Shown here: positions 1 to 9,724 of the stretch, piece after piece
How the letters are laid out: each line of letters begins with the position of its first letter
Numbering within the stretch: the stretch's first letter is position 1
Assembly: GCA_039586365.1 (NCBI GenBank)
Contig: JBDHKN010000048.1
Span: 1-41,944, forward strand
Source: Gemmatimonadota bacterium
GTDB lineage: Bacteria > Gemmatimonadota > Gemmatimonadetes > Gemmatimonadales > GWC2-71-9
Length of the DNA: 41,944 nt
Reading direction: 5' to 3'
Notes under the pieces: model-generated
The model's input: the letters and a program-made list of their open reading frames with translations, nothing else
Databases searched by the model: none
Told to the model about the DNA's origin: nothing
Position numbers and translations under genes: made by a program

Positions 1-1628
1 AGCCGGGGTTGGAGTGGCAACCGGCGCTGTCACCCGACGGCAGTCAAGTCGCGTTCGTGGCTCGTCGCGGCGACAGGCACTCAGTCGTCATTCGCAGCAC
101 AGTCAACATTGGCAGAGGCGAGGAGTTTATCCCCGTACAGGGACTGCGAGAGCGTCTGGAGCAATTGCCCGCTTGGAGTCCAGACGGTGAGTTCGTTCGG
201 TTCATAAGCTGTCGTCCCGGTCCCACACAATGCTCCTTGAGGGAGGTGGCGCGGATAGGTGGCTCGGCTCGCTCGATTGATCTTCCGGGAAATGCATGGT
301 CCCCTTCGTGGTCGCCTGACGGCTCTCGCGTCGCGTTCATCGCTTCGCCTGACAGCATAGTCGCGTACTCGATCAACGACAGGGCAACTACGCTGCTCGC
401 TGTAGTGCCCAGCGTCAACTGGGGACTCCATTCGCCTGTTTGGTCACCGGATGGCAGTCAGATTGCCTTTGTAAACGGAAACCCGCAATGGGCGTTTAGC
501 TTCAACGTTTTGGCGTCGTCGATCTGGATAGTGGATGTCAACGGCAGCGCGCCGCTGCGAGTGACAGGTGATGACTTCATGGATATCAGTCCTGCCTGGC
601 TCGACGACGACCACCTGTTGTTCGTCTCCAACCGCGAGGGTCTGCGAGAGGTCTACGTCGTAGAGGTGGGATCGACGGGACCTCGCCGAGAGCCGCGGAG
701 AGTGCCCGGAGCGACCGACCCACACTCGATCTCCTATTCAATCGAGGGGAGGAAACTCGCGCTTTCGAGAGCCAATGCGCGCCAGAACATCTGGTCCTAC
801 CCCATCGGGTCAGGTTCCGTGGCAATCCGCGACGGTAACCCGGTGACCAGCGACAACGTCGTCACCGAAGAACACGATATCTCGCCTGATGGCGAGTGGA
901 TCGTTTACAGCTCGAATCTCCGCGGCAACTTGGACATCTACAAGAAGCGACTTGACGGTGGCAGTCCAGTTCCGATCACCGAAAGCCCGTTAGATGAGGG
1001 TGGGCCACGATGGTCACCCGATGGAACCGAGATTACGTTCGTCCGCAGTGGTGGTGATTCGCAGTACGTGATGGTCGTTCCTGCGGAGGGCGGCATCGCC
1101 CACGAGGTTTGCAGCGGCTTATTCCCTAGTTGGTCGCCAAGTGGACTCGAGATTGCATTCCAGTCAGACCTGTTCAGCCCCTTCGAGGTTTGGATTGTGT
1201 CTCGTGACTCCGTTGGCGGAGCCTGGAGCGAGCCTACTCAGTTGAACGACTCTTGTTCCGCCGCCGATTGGGCACCGGACGGTAGTGGTGTGTTGTGTGT
1301 TCCGCCATCGCTGGCTAATGAGATGGTGCTAGTGTCACGGGAAGGAGAAGAGTTGTGGCGCTACGATCTGGAGGCGGTTGGGTTGCGGAGGTGGTACTCT
1401 TTCCGACTCTCCCGGGACGCCTCGACGATATACGTGTCCGCATACCACGAGGACGGTTCTGGAGGGATTTGGGCGATTCCTCTGCTCGGCGGTGAACCGA
1501 GTCTTGCGGTTCAAAGTGCGGAATTGTGGCCTCCAGCCTGGTTCTCCGTGGGGCCCGACCGCCTCTACATCACGGTGGAAGAGCACGAGAGTGACATCTG
1601 GGTGATGGATGTGCAGGTGGAGCGGTAG
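1..1628 (+). CDS. TolB-like/PD40 (WD40-like) beta-propeller protein, 5'-partial; possibly the C-terminal part of a kinase-PD40 fusion
   Basis: Repeated P-x-W/L-S-P-D-G blades (PALSPDG, PAWSPDG, PSWSPDG, PVWSPDG, ISPDG, PRWSPDG). The frame is open to the window edge and ends SDIWVMDV..TAG. Confidence 0.85.
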   Translation, partial: PGLEWQPALSPDGSQVAFVARRGDRHSVVIRSTVNIGRGEEFIPVQGLRERLEQLPAWSPDGEFVRFISCRPGPTQCSLREVARIGGSARSIDLPGNAWSPSWSPDGSRVAFIASPDSIVAYSINDRATTLLAVVPSVNWGLHSPVWSPDGSQIAFVNGNPQWAFSFNVLASSIWIVDVNGSAPLRVTGDDFMDISPAWLDDDHLLFVSNREGLREVYVVEVGSTGPRREPRRVPGATDPHSISYSIEGRKLALSRANARQNIWSYPIGSGSVAIRDGNPVTSDNVVTEEHDISPDGEWIVYSSNLRGNLDIYKKRLDGGSPVPITESPLDEGGPRWSPDGTEITFVRSGGDSQYVMVVPAEGGIAHEVCSGLFPSWSPSGLEIAFQSDLFSPFEVWIVSRDSVGGAWSEPTQLNDSCSAADWAPDGSGVLCVPPSLANEMVLVSREGEELWRYDLEAVGLRRWYSFRLSRDASTIYVSAYHEDGSGGIWAIPLLGGEPSLAVQSAELWPPAWFSVGPDRLYITVEEHESDIWVMDVQVER

Positions 1629-1691
1629 GGGAAGTGGTCCCGCGCAGGGACGCGGTTCAAGAGGCTCAAGAAGAAGATGTGGTGGGGTTTG

Positions 1692-1855
1692 GCGTTCCCG
1701 TTAGCGTTCCCGTAAATCCCGGCAGATTACGACATGAAGTACGGCAAGATGTCGTTGCCAACGCCCAAAAGCCCAGAAATGCCGGCAAGATGTCGTAATT
1801 GCTATGTGTTTTTAACTGAATGGGGTTCAGGGGGTCGCGGGAGCAATTCACTGCC
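1692..1855 (+). mobile_element. Decayed att-like scar: arm-type repeats followed by a 3' fragment of tRNA-Pro(GGG)
   Basis: GCGTTCCCGT x2 (1692, 1704); CGGCAAGATGTCGT x2 (1742, 1783); CTGA-ATGGGGT-TCAG-GGGGTCGCGGG (1816-1841) matches a tRNA-Pro(GGG) anticodon arm plus variable region; the T-arm is degenerate. Confidence 0.6.
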
Positions 1856-1928
1856 CTCACTAAGGTTCACTGCAACACAACCAATCACACGTACAGACAC
1901 AGTGTTCGGGTTCGAGCGGCGACGGTCG

Positions 1929-2168
1929 TTACTTGTCGGGATCGAGCTGGCGGGTGTCCAGGCCCGCGGCGATGAATGCCATTCGGCGGCACCGTACACA
2001 CTGGACGACGCACGGCACACTAGTGGCTCGATTGAACGAGTCGTCGACCTCGAGCGTATTCCTACAGCGAGGACAGATAGCGGGTTTCTCCCACTCGCTA
2101 AGCATGTGCTCGATCGCCTGAATCTCTTCGCGGGAGAACGTAACTGGAGTTGCGGAACGCTCTGACAT
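1929..2168 (-). CDS. Small zinc-ribbon protein (CPRC...CVRC), hypothetical
   Basis: 79-aa ORF with two CxxC pairs, protein-like composition and a G-rich RBS-like sequence upstream. Confidence 0.6.
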   Translation of the reverse strand: MSERSATPVTFSREEIQAIEHMLSEWEKPAICPRCRNTLEVDDSFNRATSVPCVVQCVRCRRMAFIAAGLDTRQLDPDK

Positions 2169-2440
2169 GGTACACCCCCCGGGCCTACGCTATCCGAAAG
2201 CTGCGCTGCGGTACCCGCGGTCACAATGGCGGTTGCTCCCGACGGATCGCCTATGAGACAAACAAAGCCATCGTCCGACCAAATCAGGTTTGCGCCACCC
2301 ACACCCGTGCATGGCAAGCCTGGCATTTGGTATTACTGCCGGTCTGGTGCGTTCTCTTCCAGACGCCTCGGGGACGCTTTGCAGGAAAGCTCCAAGCCTG
2401 AAATCAAGGCCGCCCGGGTCCAACATAAAGGAGCAAGACC

Positions 2441-3097
2441 ATGACAACGAGACACGTGCTGATCGCAGGGATTCTGCTCACGGCTGCTACGCGCATCGAT
2501 CCAGCCGCAGCGCAGGTGGCCCTGGGAATCCGTGCTGGAGCGGACTACGCAACGATCAGTTACGGTGAGCCCAAACCCTTCCAGGTCGAGTCATCGGCCC
2601 GTCCTCACATCGGTGCGCTGGGATCGCTCAGCCTCTCAGACCTGTTCCAGCTCCAGTTCGAAGTGGCGCGTTCGGTCAAGGGATTCGGAATCGGCGGGTC
2701 CGGTTTTGATGGAGCCGTACATATGACCTACCTGGAATTCCCCCTGCTTGCAGTGGTGAACGTGCCCACAGACTGGCAGGTGGCTCCGCGGTTACTTGCA
2801 GGCGGTGCAGTCAGCCGTGAGGTCTCCTGCAAGTTCGACTTGTTGGTGGGAGGGGCTCCCACGCCTGATGATTGCGACGCTCCCGAGAATGACTTTGAGA
2901 GTCGCCGGAAGACGGACCTGAGCCTTCGATTTGGCGGAGGCGTCGGCATGCAGTTCGGCCCCTGGTCAACTTTCGCCGACGTTCTGTATGACGTTGGGCT
3001 GAGAGACCTCGACGATGGCGCCGCGGCCGGGGACACCGCTCATTCTCGGACGTGGATCTTCTCGGCGGGTGTGACGTATGCAGTCGCCTTCCGCTAG
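2441..3097 (+). CDS. PorT-family / outer-membrane beta-barrel protein
   Basis: AAGGAG RBS, signal peptide (AAA-Q), 'YLEFPLLA' strand and terminal amphipathic 'FSAGVTY' strand. Confidence 0.8.
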   Translation: MTTRHVLIAGILLTAATRIDPAAAQVALGIRAGADYATISYGEPKPFQVESSARPHIGALGSLSLSDLFQLQFEVARSVKGFGIGGSGFDGAVHMTYLEFPLLAVVNVPTDWQVAPRLLAGGAVSREVSCKFDLLVGGAPTPDDCDAPENDFESRRKTDLSLRFGGGVGMQFGPWSTFADVLYDVGLRDLDDGAAAGDTAHSRTWIFSAGVTYAVAFR

Positions 3098-3212
3098 AGG
3101 ACGGCGGCGCAGCGACACAGCGGCAACATGCAGCGTGTGCACGGCGTGGCTTCCTTGGTCAGGGCCCGGCAAACACGGTTTTCGGAGGCCGGTGCGAGCG
3201 GGGAGTGAACCG

Positions 3213-4367
3213 GTGTGCTCCCGACTCCGTCGCAACCAGTTTCCGCTCGCACTGCTCCTTATTGCTCTCTGCTCGTGCTCCTCCCTTGATCCCGACGGCG
3301 AGTGGATCTACCAACGACCGGAGCGGATCGGAGATGGGTGGGAGACCGCGTCCCCGGCCGAAGTTGGGATGGACCCAAAGCCCGTTGCGGATCTAGTAAG
3401 GACCCTGAAGAACAGCCCGGGCCACCTGGTTCACAGTGTTATCATCGCCGTCGATGGCAGACTGGTTTTGGAGGTCTACTTCGATGGATTCACACATCCA
3501 ACATACGGTGAAGACCCCATCTCCTACGGCCGAGAAACCAGGCATTGCCTGTCCTCGGTTGCGAAGAGCGTGACGGCAACGCTCCTGGGCATCGCGATCG
3601 ACAGGGGGTTCATCGCCGGCGTCGACGATAGGGCGTTCGACTTCTTTCCCGAGTTGGGAGACCTGAACATCGGACAGAAGAGCGACATCACGCTGGAGCA
3701 CCTGGTCACCATGTCATCCGGCCTCGAGTGGGACGAGTGGACCTATCCGATTGGAGACCCGAGGAATGATCTCATGAAGTGGCTCGTCCATGACGGGGAT
3801 CTTGTTCGCTTTGTGCTCGAGCGATCCTCGGTAGCTGATCCGGGAGCAATGTTCCGCTACAACGGTGGACTCACCAACATCCTCGGGGAGGTCATTCATC
3901 GGGCGAGTGGCCTAATCCTCGATCGTTTCTCCGAACTGTACCTGTTCGATCTCCTGGGGATCTCGGACTTTTCCTGGATCCACGTGCGGCCGGATTTCGT
4001 TTACGCTTCGGGTGACATCTCGCTGCGTCCCAGAGACATGGCAAAGCTCGGGCAACTCTATCTCCAAGGGGGGAACTGGGAAGGCGAACAGCTCCTCCCA
4101 CGCGCATGGATCGACGCCTCGGCATCGGCGTATCTGGCGCTCGACTCCGAATGGCAGGGGCACGTCGGTTACAGCTATGGGTGGTGGCCAAAGAGCGAAG
4201 CATACGGTGCGGGTGCCTTCGCCGCGAGCGGATGGGGAGACCAAGCCATCATCGTTGTTCCAGAGTTCGACATGGTAGCGGTCTTCACCGGCGGGTCCTA
4301 CTGGGAGGATCCATTGATGGAATCCCACGAGATGATGCTCGGCTACGTGCTTCCAGCGGTTAGATAG
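3213..4367 (+). CDS. Beta-lactamase class C-like serine hydrolase, probable lipoprotein
   Basis: SxxK (SSVAKS), 'HLVTMSSGL', 'PGAMFRYN' (YxN-like), 'LRPRDMAKLGQLYL'. Lipobox-like LCSC. The GTG at 3213 follows GGGAG; the longer ORF starts at 3078. Confidence 0.9.
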   Translation: MCSRLRRNQFPLALLLIALCSCSSLDPDGEWIYQRPERIGDGWETASPAEVGMDPKPVADLVRTLKNSPGHLVHSVIIAVDGRLVLEVYFDGFTHPTYGEDPISYGRETRHCLSSVAKSVTATLLGIAIDRGFIAGVDDRAFDFFPELGDLNIGQKSDITLEHLVTMSSGLEWDEWTYPIGDPRNDLMKWLVHDGDLVRFVLERSSVADPGAMFRYNGGLTNILGEVIHRASGLILDRFSELYLFDLLGISDFSWIHVRPDFVYASGDISLRPRDMAKLGQLYLQGGNWEGEQLLPRAWIDASASAYLALDSEWQGHVGYSYGWWPKSEAYGAGAFAASGWGDQAIIVVPEFDMVAVFTGGSYWEDPLMESHEMMLGYVLPAVR

Positions 4368-4642
4368 CACGATGGCTGGGCTACCTGGCTCACACGGCTG
4401 CCGGCTTGACACCTGGCGGGTGCCAAGTCAGCTGCGGATCAAGCGCAGCACTCCAATGGGTCCTTGCGGACGGTGTGACCTCGAGCTCAGCCCGGCGACT
4501 TGGGCGGGAACATCATGCACGCGACCCAGATAGACATTCTCGACGCAGCAGTCGGTCGTCCGGTGACGGTTTGTAGTGGCGCTCGCCGACTTGTCGTTTG
4601 GTAGTCATGGCGGTGTGAGACGTTCTTCAGTACGAGGGGAGA

Positions 4643-5264
4643 ATGTCAGCGGGGCGACTTCGATTCCAGGGAGGATAGGACGATCGGCCAACTCGACCGA
4701 ATTAGACTTGGCGAGGAAGCGGCTGTTGAGAGGCTGATGGCGGAATCCTGGGCCTCGCTGGTCCTCTACCTGGGGACCATTCTCGGATCACAAGATTCCG
4801 CTCAGGATGCTGCCCAAGAGGCATTTGTGCGCCTTTGGGAGCGACGGGAACACTGGCAATCCGGATCGGCTCGTGCACTCGTTTTCCGAATTGGACGGAA
4901 CGTGGCACTGGACTTTCAGCGCAGAGCCCAGATTCGGCGCCAATGGAAAGGAGATTACTCCGGCCGACTCCAACAGCAGCTGCAGCCATACATGCCGGAC
5001 GAGGAGCTGGAGGCCTCCGAATTCCAGGCTCGATTTGCGGCTGCGATGGAGAACCTTCCAGCCCGTCGCCGCGAAGTGTTCGAGCTGGTTCGGTTTCAAG
5101 GGCTCACATACCAGGAAGTGGCTGAGGTACTCGAGGTGTCTCATCAGACCGTTGCCAACCAGATGACCTTGGCCCACCGGGACCTCCGGCGCATGCTTGC
5201 GGGCTTCCTCACGGAGTCAGCGGTCGGCCGAGATCTCGGCAATTCGGGGTCGCAAGATGGATGA
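4643..5264 (+). CDS. ECF sigma-70 factor (FecI-like), apparent +1 frameshift in a GGGG run near the 5' end
   Basis: Region 2 'AQDAAQEAFVRLW' and region 4 'LPARRREVFELVRFQGLTYQEVAEVLEVS'. The RBS+ATG at 4643 joins the 4737 frame only if one G of 4651-4654 is removed. Confidence 0.85.
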
Positions 5265-6180
5265 GTTGATCGTGAAGTACCTTCGCGGCGAAGCTACCGA
5301 TTTCGAGACACGGCGGCTGGGGCAATGGCGCGCTGCTGCCGAGGCGAACGAGCAGTCGTTCCAGCAGGTCAAGCGTCTTTGGGGAAAGACGAGTGACCTG
5401 AAGAGGCCCGTCGTAGATCCTCCTCCGCCCGTCAGCCGTGCGATTGCGGAGGCCGAGGCCAGGAGGAGACGGAGCAGGGCCAAAACCTGGAGACAGATCG
5501 TCCTGAGGTCCCCTTGGGCGGGCCTTGGTGTGGGTGCGGCTGCAGCCCTGGTGGTGCTCGTCCTGGGCGTTCGGAACGACCGAAGACCGGTTGAGTCCAG
5601 CCCGGTCCTTGCCCCCGTCGAGTCCTCGTCCGGCCCAGGGGACGTCACAACGATGGGTCTCACTGACGGAAGTATTCTGCGGCTCGCGCAGGAGACCCGA
5701 GTCGAATTCATACCCTCTCGGGAGCGCCGTGAAGTGGCACTGGAGGGGAAGGCGTTCTTCGCCGTGGCACACGACCCAAAGCCATTCGTAGTCCGAAGCC
5801 GGGTCGGTGAAGTCGTGGTGCACGGGACGGGGCAGGTCTCTCTGCGGGGAACTGGAGGCACTGCGGAGGTCAAGGCGGGGCAGGTGGCCTTTCTGGTGGC
5901 GGGGGCTTCCCCTCGGGTCCTAGAGGGAGAGGATGTCTGGCCCATGCTCGACTGGCCCGGTGGCCTGCTGGTGTTCCAGGAAACTCCGCTTTCGCAGGTG
6001 ATGCGTGAGATCGGCCGCCATTTCGGGAACAAGCCTCAGATCATTGATGAGGAGATCGGAAGGCGGCGGATCACAGCTTGGTTCGGATACGAGACTCTGG
6101 AGGAGGTGATCGCGGCGGTGTGTCATATAGCCGGTGCACATTGCAGGATCACTGAGAGTGAGGTGACTGTCGGCCGTTAG
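5257..6180 (+). CDS. fecR: FecR-family anti-sigma / transmembrane sensor
   Basis: N-terminal 'LIVKYLRGEA..W', a TM helix, 'LTDGSILRL..T', 'REVALEGKAFFAVAHD..PFVV', 'W..GLLVFQETPL'. Overlaps the sigma stop codon. Confidence 0.88.
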   Translation: MDELIVKYLRGEATDFETRRLGQWRAAAEANEQSFQQVKRLWGKTSDLKRPVVDPPPPVSRAIAEAEARRRRSRAKTWRQIVLRSPWAGLGVGAAAALVVLVLGVRNDRRPVESSPVLAPVESSSGPGDVTTMGLTDGSILRLAQETRVEFIPSRERREVALEGKAFFAVAHDPKPFVVRSRVGEVVVHGTGQVSLRGTGGTAEVKAGQVAFLVAGASPRVLEGEDVWPMLDWPGGLLVFQETPLSQVMREIGRHFGNKPQIIDEEIGRRRITAWFGYETLEEVIAAVCHIAGAHCRITESEVTVGR

Positions 6181-6219
6181 CCTCGACCCCTTTGCCTCGT
6201 ACGGAGGAAGGTACGAGAA

Positions 6220-8898
6220 ATGGAGGTGCAGCCAATGACGAGGGCGGGGGCAGAATGGGATTGGTTCGGGGCAGTTCGGTTCTTGGTGATGACCGGAACC
6301 GTGCTCAACGCCCTGATACTGGTTGTTGCCCCAGGAAGAGCGCAGTCTCTGCAAACGCTCCTGGACCGGCCCGCGCACCTCGAGGTGGAATCGGTGACAT
6401 TGGAGGAAGCCATACGGGCCCTCCAGCGATCCTCCGGCGTCACACTGGCTTATAGTATCGATCTGCTCCCAACCGACCGTCGGGTAACGTGCCATTGCCA
6501 GGATGTCACGGTCCGATCTGCGCTTGACACCCTGCTCTTCGAAACGGATCTGGAGTACCGGGAGACGAGGCGTCAGGTGCTGATTGGACGGCCCACCCGG
6601 GAAGCTGGGTCTTCGGCTCCACCTGTCGGGACGCTCACGGGAGTGGTCCTGGCGGAGGGTCAGGAGTGGCCGCTAGCGGGGGTGCAAATCCAACTCCTCC
6701 CCAGTGGGCGGTTTACTCTTACCGGGCAAGACGGGCGCTTCCTCTTTCGGGACGTCGATACCGCGAGCGAGGCCATCAGGGCCACCGCATTAGGCTTCGA
6801 GGAGATAACAATCCCCTTCACTCTGGATCCCATTGAAGGGATGGAACTACGCGTCGAGCTGCGGCGAACACCGGTCCCATTGGCTGGAATCCTCATTGCT
6901 CCTGGAAGCTTCGGCGTCCTTGACGTTAGCCCTGCAGTCACAGGAACCGCCGTTAGCCGGGACGATATCGAAGCCATCCCCTCGTTCGGTGATGACGTCT
7001 TCCGCACGCTCAAGCGGATGCCGGGCGTCGCCTCAGGTGATATCTCCGCGAAGCTCCACGTTCGAGGCAGCACGGAACGGAATCTGCTCGTACGACTCGA
7101 CGGCTTGGAGCTGTTTGAGCCTTACCATCTGAAGGATTTTGACGGGACGTTCGGAATCGTGGACGTTCAGTCTTTGGGCCGTATCGACTTGATCACGGGC
7201 GGCTTCCCAGTGGAGTTCGGCGACAAGTGGGGAGCCGTGTTTGACATGCGAACCCGGCGCCCTCCGTCGACCGGAACGCGGACCACAGTCGGCGTGAGTC
7301 TCAACTCTCTGTCCCTGATCAATCAAGGGAAATTCTCCGGGGGCCGCGGCCAATGGCTCGTTTCTCTCCGCAGGGGTTTCCTGGAGTACGTTCTTAAGAT
7401 GGTGGGTGTCCAGGAAGATATTTCTCCGTCATTCTGGGACGTCCTCGGGAAGGTCCAGTACCTCCTGTCCGACGATCACCTGTTCTCCATAGAGATGCTT
7501 CACGCCGGCGACGACGTGAAGTGGAACGGCCACCGATCCGGTGAGAGAATCATCAGCGACTGGGCCAACAGTTATGGGTGGGTGAACTGGAAGGCATCCT
7601 TCACGCCCTGGCTTTGGGTTGAGACCCTCCTGTTCAGTGGTCGGCTAACCAGAGACCGGATTGGCAGCGGAGGTGACCCAAGCGACGGCGTGTTCTCACC
7701 ACTCCGTGTAGACGTGTCCGACATTGCCACGTCCAGGTTCGGTGGAATCAAGCAAGACTGGCAGCTCGAACTCACCGGAGACGTGCTCGTCAAGACCGGA
7801 GTCGACCTGAGGTTCAACAGCGGCGCATACGACTACTCTGCTACGGTGGACCGACTCGACCTCGATGAGAACGGCCACGTAGTCACGGTCACGGACTCCA
7901 CAGCCGTCAGGAAGGATGTTAGCGGAACTGAGTTTGGGACCTATCTGTCGATGCGGGCCCGGGCTCCGGGCAACCTGACTTGGGAGGCCGGAGTCCGCTT
8001 CGATCGCAAGAGCCACACGGGGGACGCTGACCTTTCGCCCCGGCTGCTGCTCCGGTGGGACCCACTGGCCCATACCAGTGTGAAGGGTAGCTGGGGACAC
8101 TACCGCCAGGCCCAGGGCATTCACGAGCTCAACGTCATTGACGGCGATTCCCTCTTCAGAGGCTCTGAACGCGCCGAGCAGGTAGCCCTCGGCATAGAGC
8201 GACAGTTTGGCCGCGGGTGGCACGGTCGAGTCGAAGCATACTCCCGTGTGGTGGATGACCCGCGCCCGGTCTACGTGAATCTCTCTCGGAACATCAGCCC
8301 TATCCTGGAGGTTGAGAGTGATCGGACACGGCTCGATCCGAAACGAGGGCGTGCGAAAGGTCTCGAGTTCCACCTCTCCAATGAGACCACGGGGCCCTGG
8401 TCTTGGTCCGGGAGTTACGCATTGGCCTGGGCCGAACACGAGGTCGAGGGGACCTGGATCCCGGCGACCTTGGACCAGCTTCATACCGTGAACCTTCACG
8501 CAGCGTACCGCTGGGGCAAAGAATGGCAGTTTAGTGGGAGCTGGCAGTACCGCACAGGTTGGCCGATCACGGAGTCTTTCCTCGAAGTAGTGGTCACCGA
8601 ATTGGGGGACACCGGGGAGCAGGCACAGATCATTCGTCGCGGTTTTGGCCCTCCGAACGCCGGGCGGCTTCCTCCCTATCACAGGCTAGACCTGAGGGTG
8701 ACCCGGAACATCGAGGTCGGGCGGAGCCGGTTGGAGATCTTCCTTGACGTCTTCAACGCTTACAACCGAGAGAACATCCGGAGCTACCGCTACTCCCTGC
8801 TCGATCCAGATGGGGACGGACTCTACACGACCCGCCGGGGGCCTGGTGAGGAACTCCTGCCAATAATGCCTACACTGGGTCTTCGATGGGTGTTCTGA
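6220..8898 (+). CDS. TonB-dependent receptor/transducer with N-terminal STN signalling domain and carboxypeptidase-regulatory-like domain
   Basis: STN-like 'TLEEAIRALQRSSGVTLAYS', plug 'DDVFRTLKRMPGV..VRG', 'GGFPVEFGD', C-terminal 'LPPYHRLDLR..FNAYNREN' and terminal aromatic F. Confidence 0.9.
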   Translation: MEVQPMTRAGAEWDWFGAVRFLVMTGTVLNALILVVAPGRAQSLQTLLDRPAHLEVESVTLEEAIRALQRSSGVTLAYSIDLLPTDRRVTCHCQDVTVRSALDTLLFETDLEYRETRRQVLIGRPTREAGSSAPPVGTLTGVVLAEGQEWPLAGVQIQLLPSGRFTLTGQDGRFLFRDVDTASEAIRATALGFEEITIPFTLDPIEGMELRVELRRTPVPLAGILIAPGSFGVLDVSPAVTGTAVSRDDIEAIPSFGDDVFRTLKRMPGVASGDISAKLHVRGSTERNLLVRLDGLELFEPYHLKDFDGTFGIVDVQSLGRIDLITGGFPVEFGDKWGAVFDMRTRRPPSTGTRTTVGVSLNSLSLINQGKFSGGRGQWLVSLRRGFLEYVLKMVGVQEDISPSFWDVLGKVQYLLSDDHLFSIEMLHAGDDVKWNGHRSGERIISDWANSYGWVNWKASFTPWLWVETLLFSGRLTRDRIGSGGDPSDGVFSPLRVDVSDIATSRFGGIKQDWQLELTGDVLVKTGVDLRFNSGAYDYSATVDRLDLDENGHVVTVTDSTAVRKDVSGTEFGTYLSMRARAPGNLTWEAGVRFDRKSHTGDADLSPRLLLRWDPLAHTSVKGSWGHYRQAQGIHELNVIDGDSLFRGSERAEQVALGIERQFGRGWHGRVEAYSRVVDDPRPVYVNLSRNISPILEVESDRTRLDPKRGRAKGLEFHLSNETTGPWSWSGSYALAWAEHEVEGTWIPATLDQLHTVNLHAAYRWGKEWQFSGSWQYRTGWPITESFLEVVVTELGDTGEQAQIIRRGFGPPNAGRLPPYHRLDLRVTRNIEVGRSRLEIFLDVFNAYNRENIRSYRYSLLDPDGDGLYTTRRGPGEELLPIMPTLGLRWVF

Positions 8899-9045
8899 TT
8901 GAAGAGCCGTTGCAGCTCAACCAGAGAGTGCTTCCGGGGCTGTGCCTCGCTACGTCCTATTGAGCGATGGTCTCGCCGCTCGCGAAAGTCGGCTAGCGGT
9001 GACCGATGGTGTGTTGCCTCCCGCAGCAGATCGCGAATTTGCAGC
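8899..9045 (+). repeat. Degenerate attC-like imperfect inverted repeat directly after the TBDR stop codon
   Basis: Left CGTT-G-CAGCT pairs with right AGCAGATCG (extrahelical G, 2 mismatches); the core AAC and GTT ends are degenerate. Confidence 0.3.
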
Positions 9046-9724
9046 GGCGCCGATTTCAGTAGATACTACGGTCTTTGGTTGGACTGCCAGCCTGGCAGAA
9101 CTCTGGGGTGGTGCGGCGTGATACCGGCCGCCTGAGCGTCGGCGAGCCCGCCCCTGGAATCATGAAGATTATGAAGAACGTGAAGCGGCTGGCTGGCGGA
9201 GAAATCTCACTCTATGGAGGTATATGACTGACAAATAATGACTTAGGATCGACGGGGCGGTGCTTCGACCGCTCCAAACGTCAGCTTGAGTCGACGATTC
9301 CAGGCCTCGACTTGTCGATTCGAGACCAGGGACGGGTGATTCTCAGGTCGAATCGATGATTCCAGCCTCTGGACACATCGCTCTAAGGCTAAGTTCAACG
9401 ATGCGAGATCAGGGTCGGGCGCTTCGAAGTGCGGTCTGGGAGATTAGAGACCTCGGGCCGAGAGCAAGAACGTGCCAAGATGGCGGACGACGGTCTGTTT
9501 GATTCTGCGGTGGTCTTGCCTCGCCTCTTTGAAACTGTGTTGAGACCCCGGTGGTATCCACGCGCTGTGGGCAAGCGGGATTCGGGTCTTAGGCATCGCT
9601 GTCTCGAGCTCGTAACGCTCCAGGTCTTGCTCCAGTCCCGCAACGGCCGACTTTCCAGCGACATGAGCCGAGCGAACTCTTTGCCCTGCTAGAGCCGCTC
9701 CTGAGACCGGCCGTCGCTCTGGTT

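Noticed and set aside
1800..1870. Intact tRNA-Pro gene
   Set aside because: No D-arm or acceptor stem and no TTC in the T-loop; kept only as an att-like fragment.
4404..4437. Minus-strand attC right half (CCGCAGCTGACTTGGCACCCGCCAGGT)
   Set aside because: The GTT core is absent and no left arm was found; the CTTGACACC/GGTGCCAAG hairpin is equally explained as a terminator-like stem.
9395..9720. Transposase fragment in the minus-strand frames
   Set aside because: No recognisable DDE or HUH motif and no terminal inverted repeats; cannot be supported without a search.
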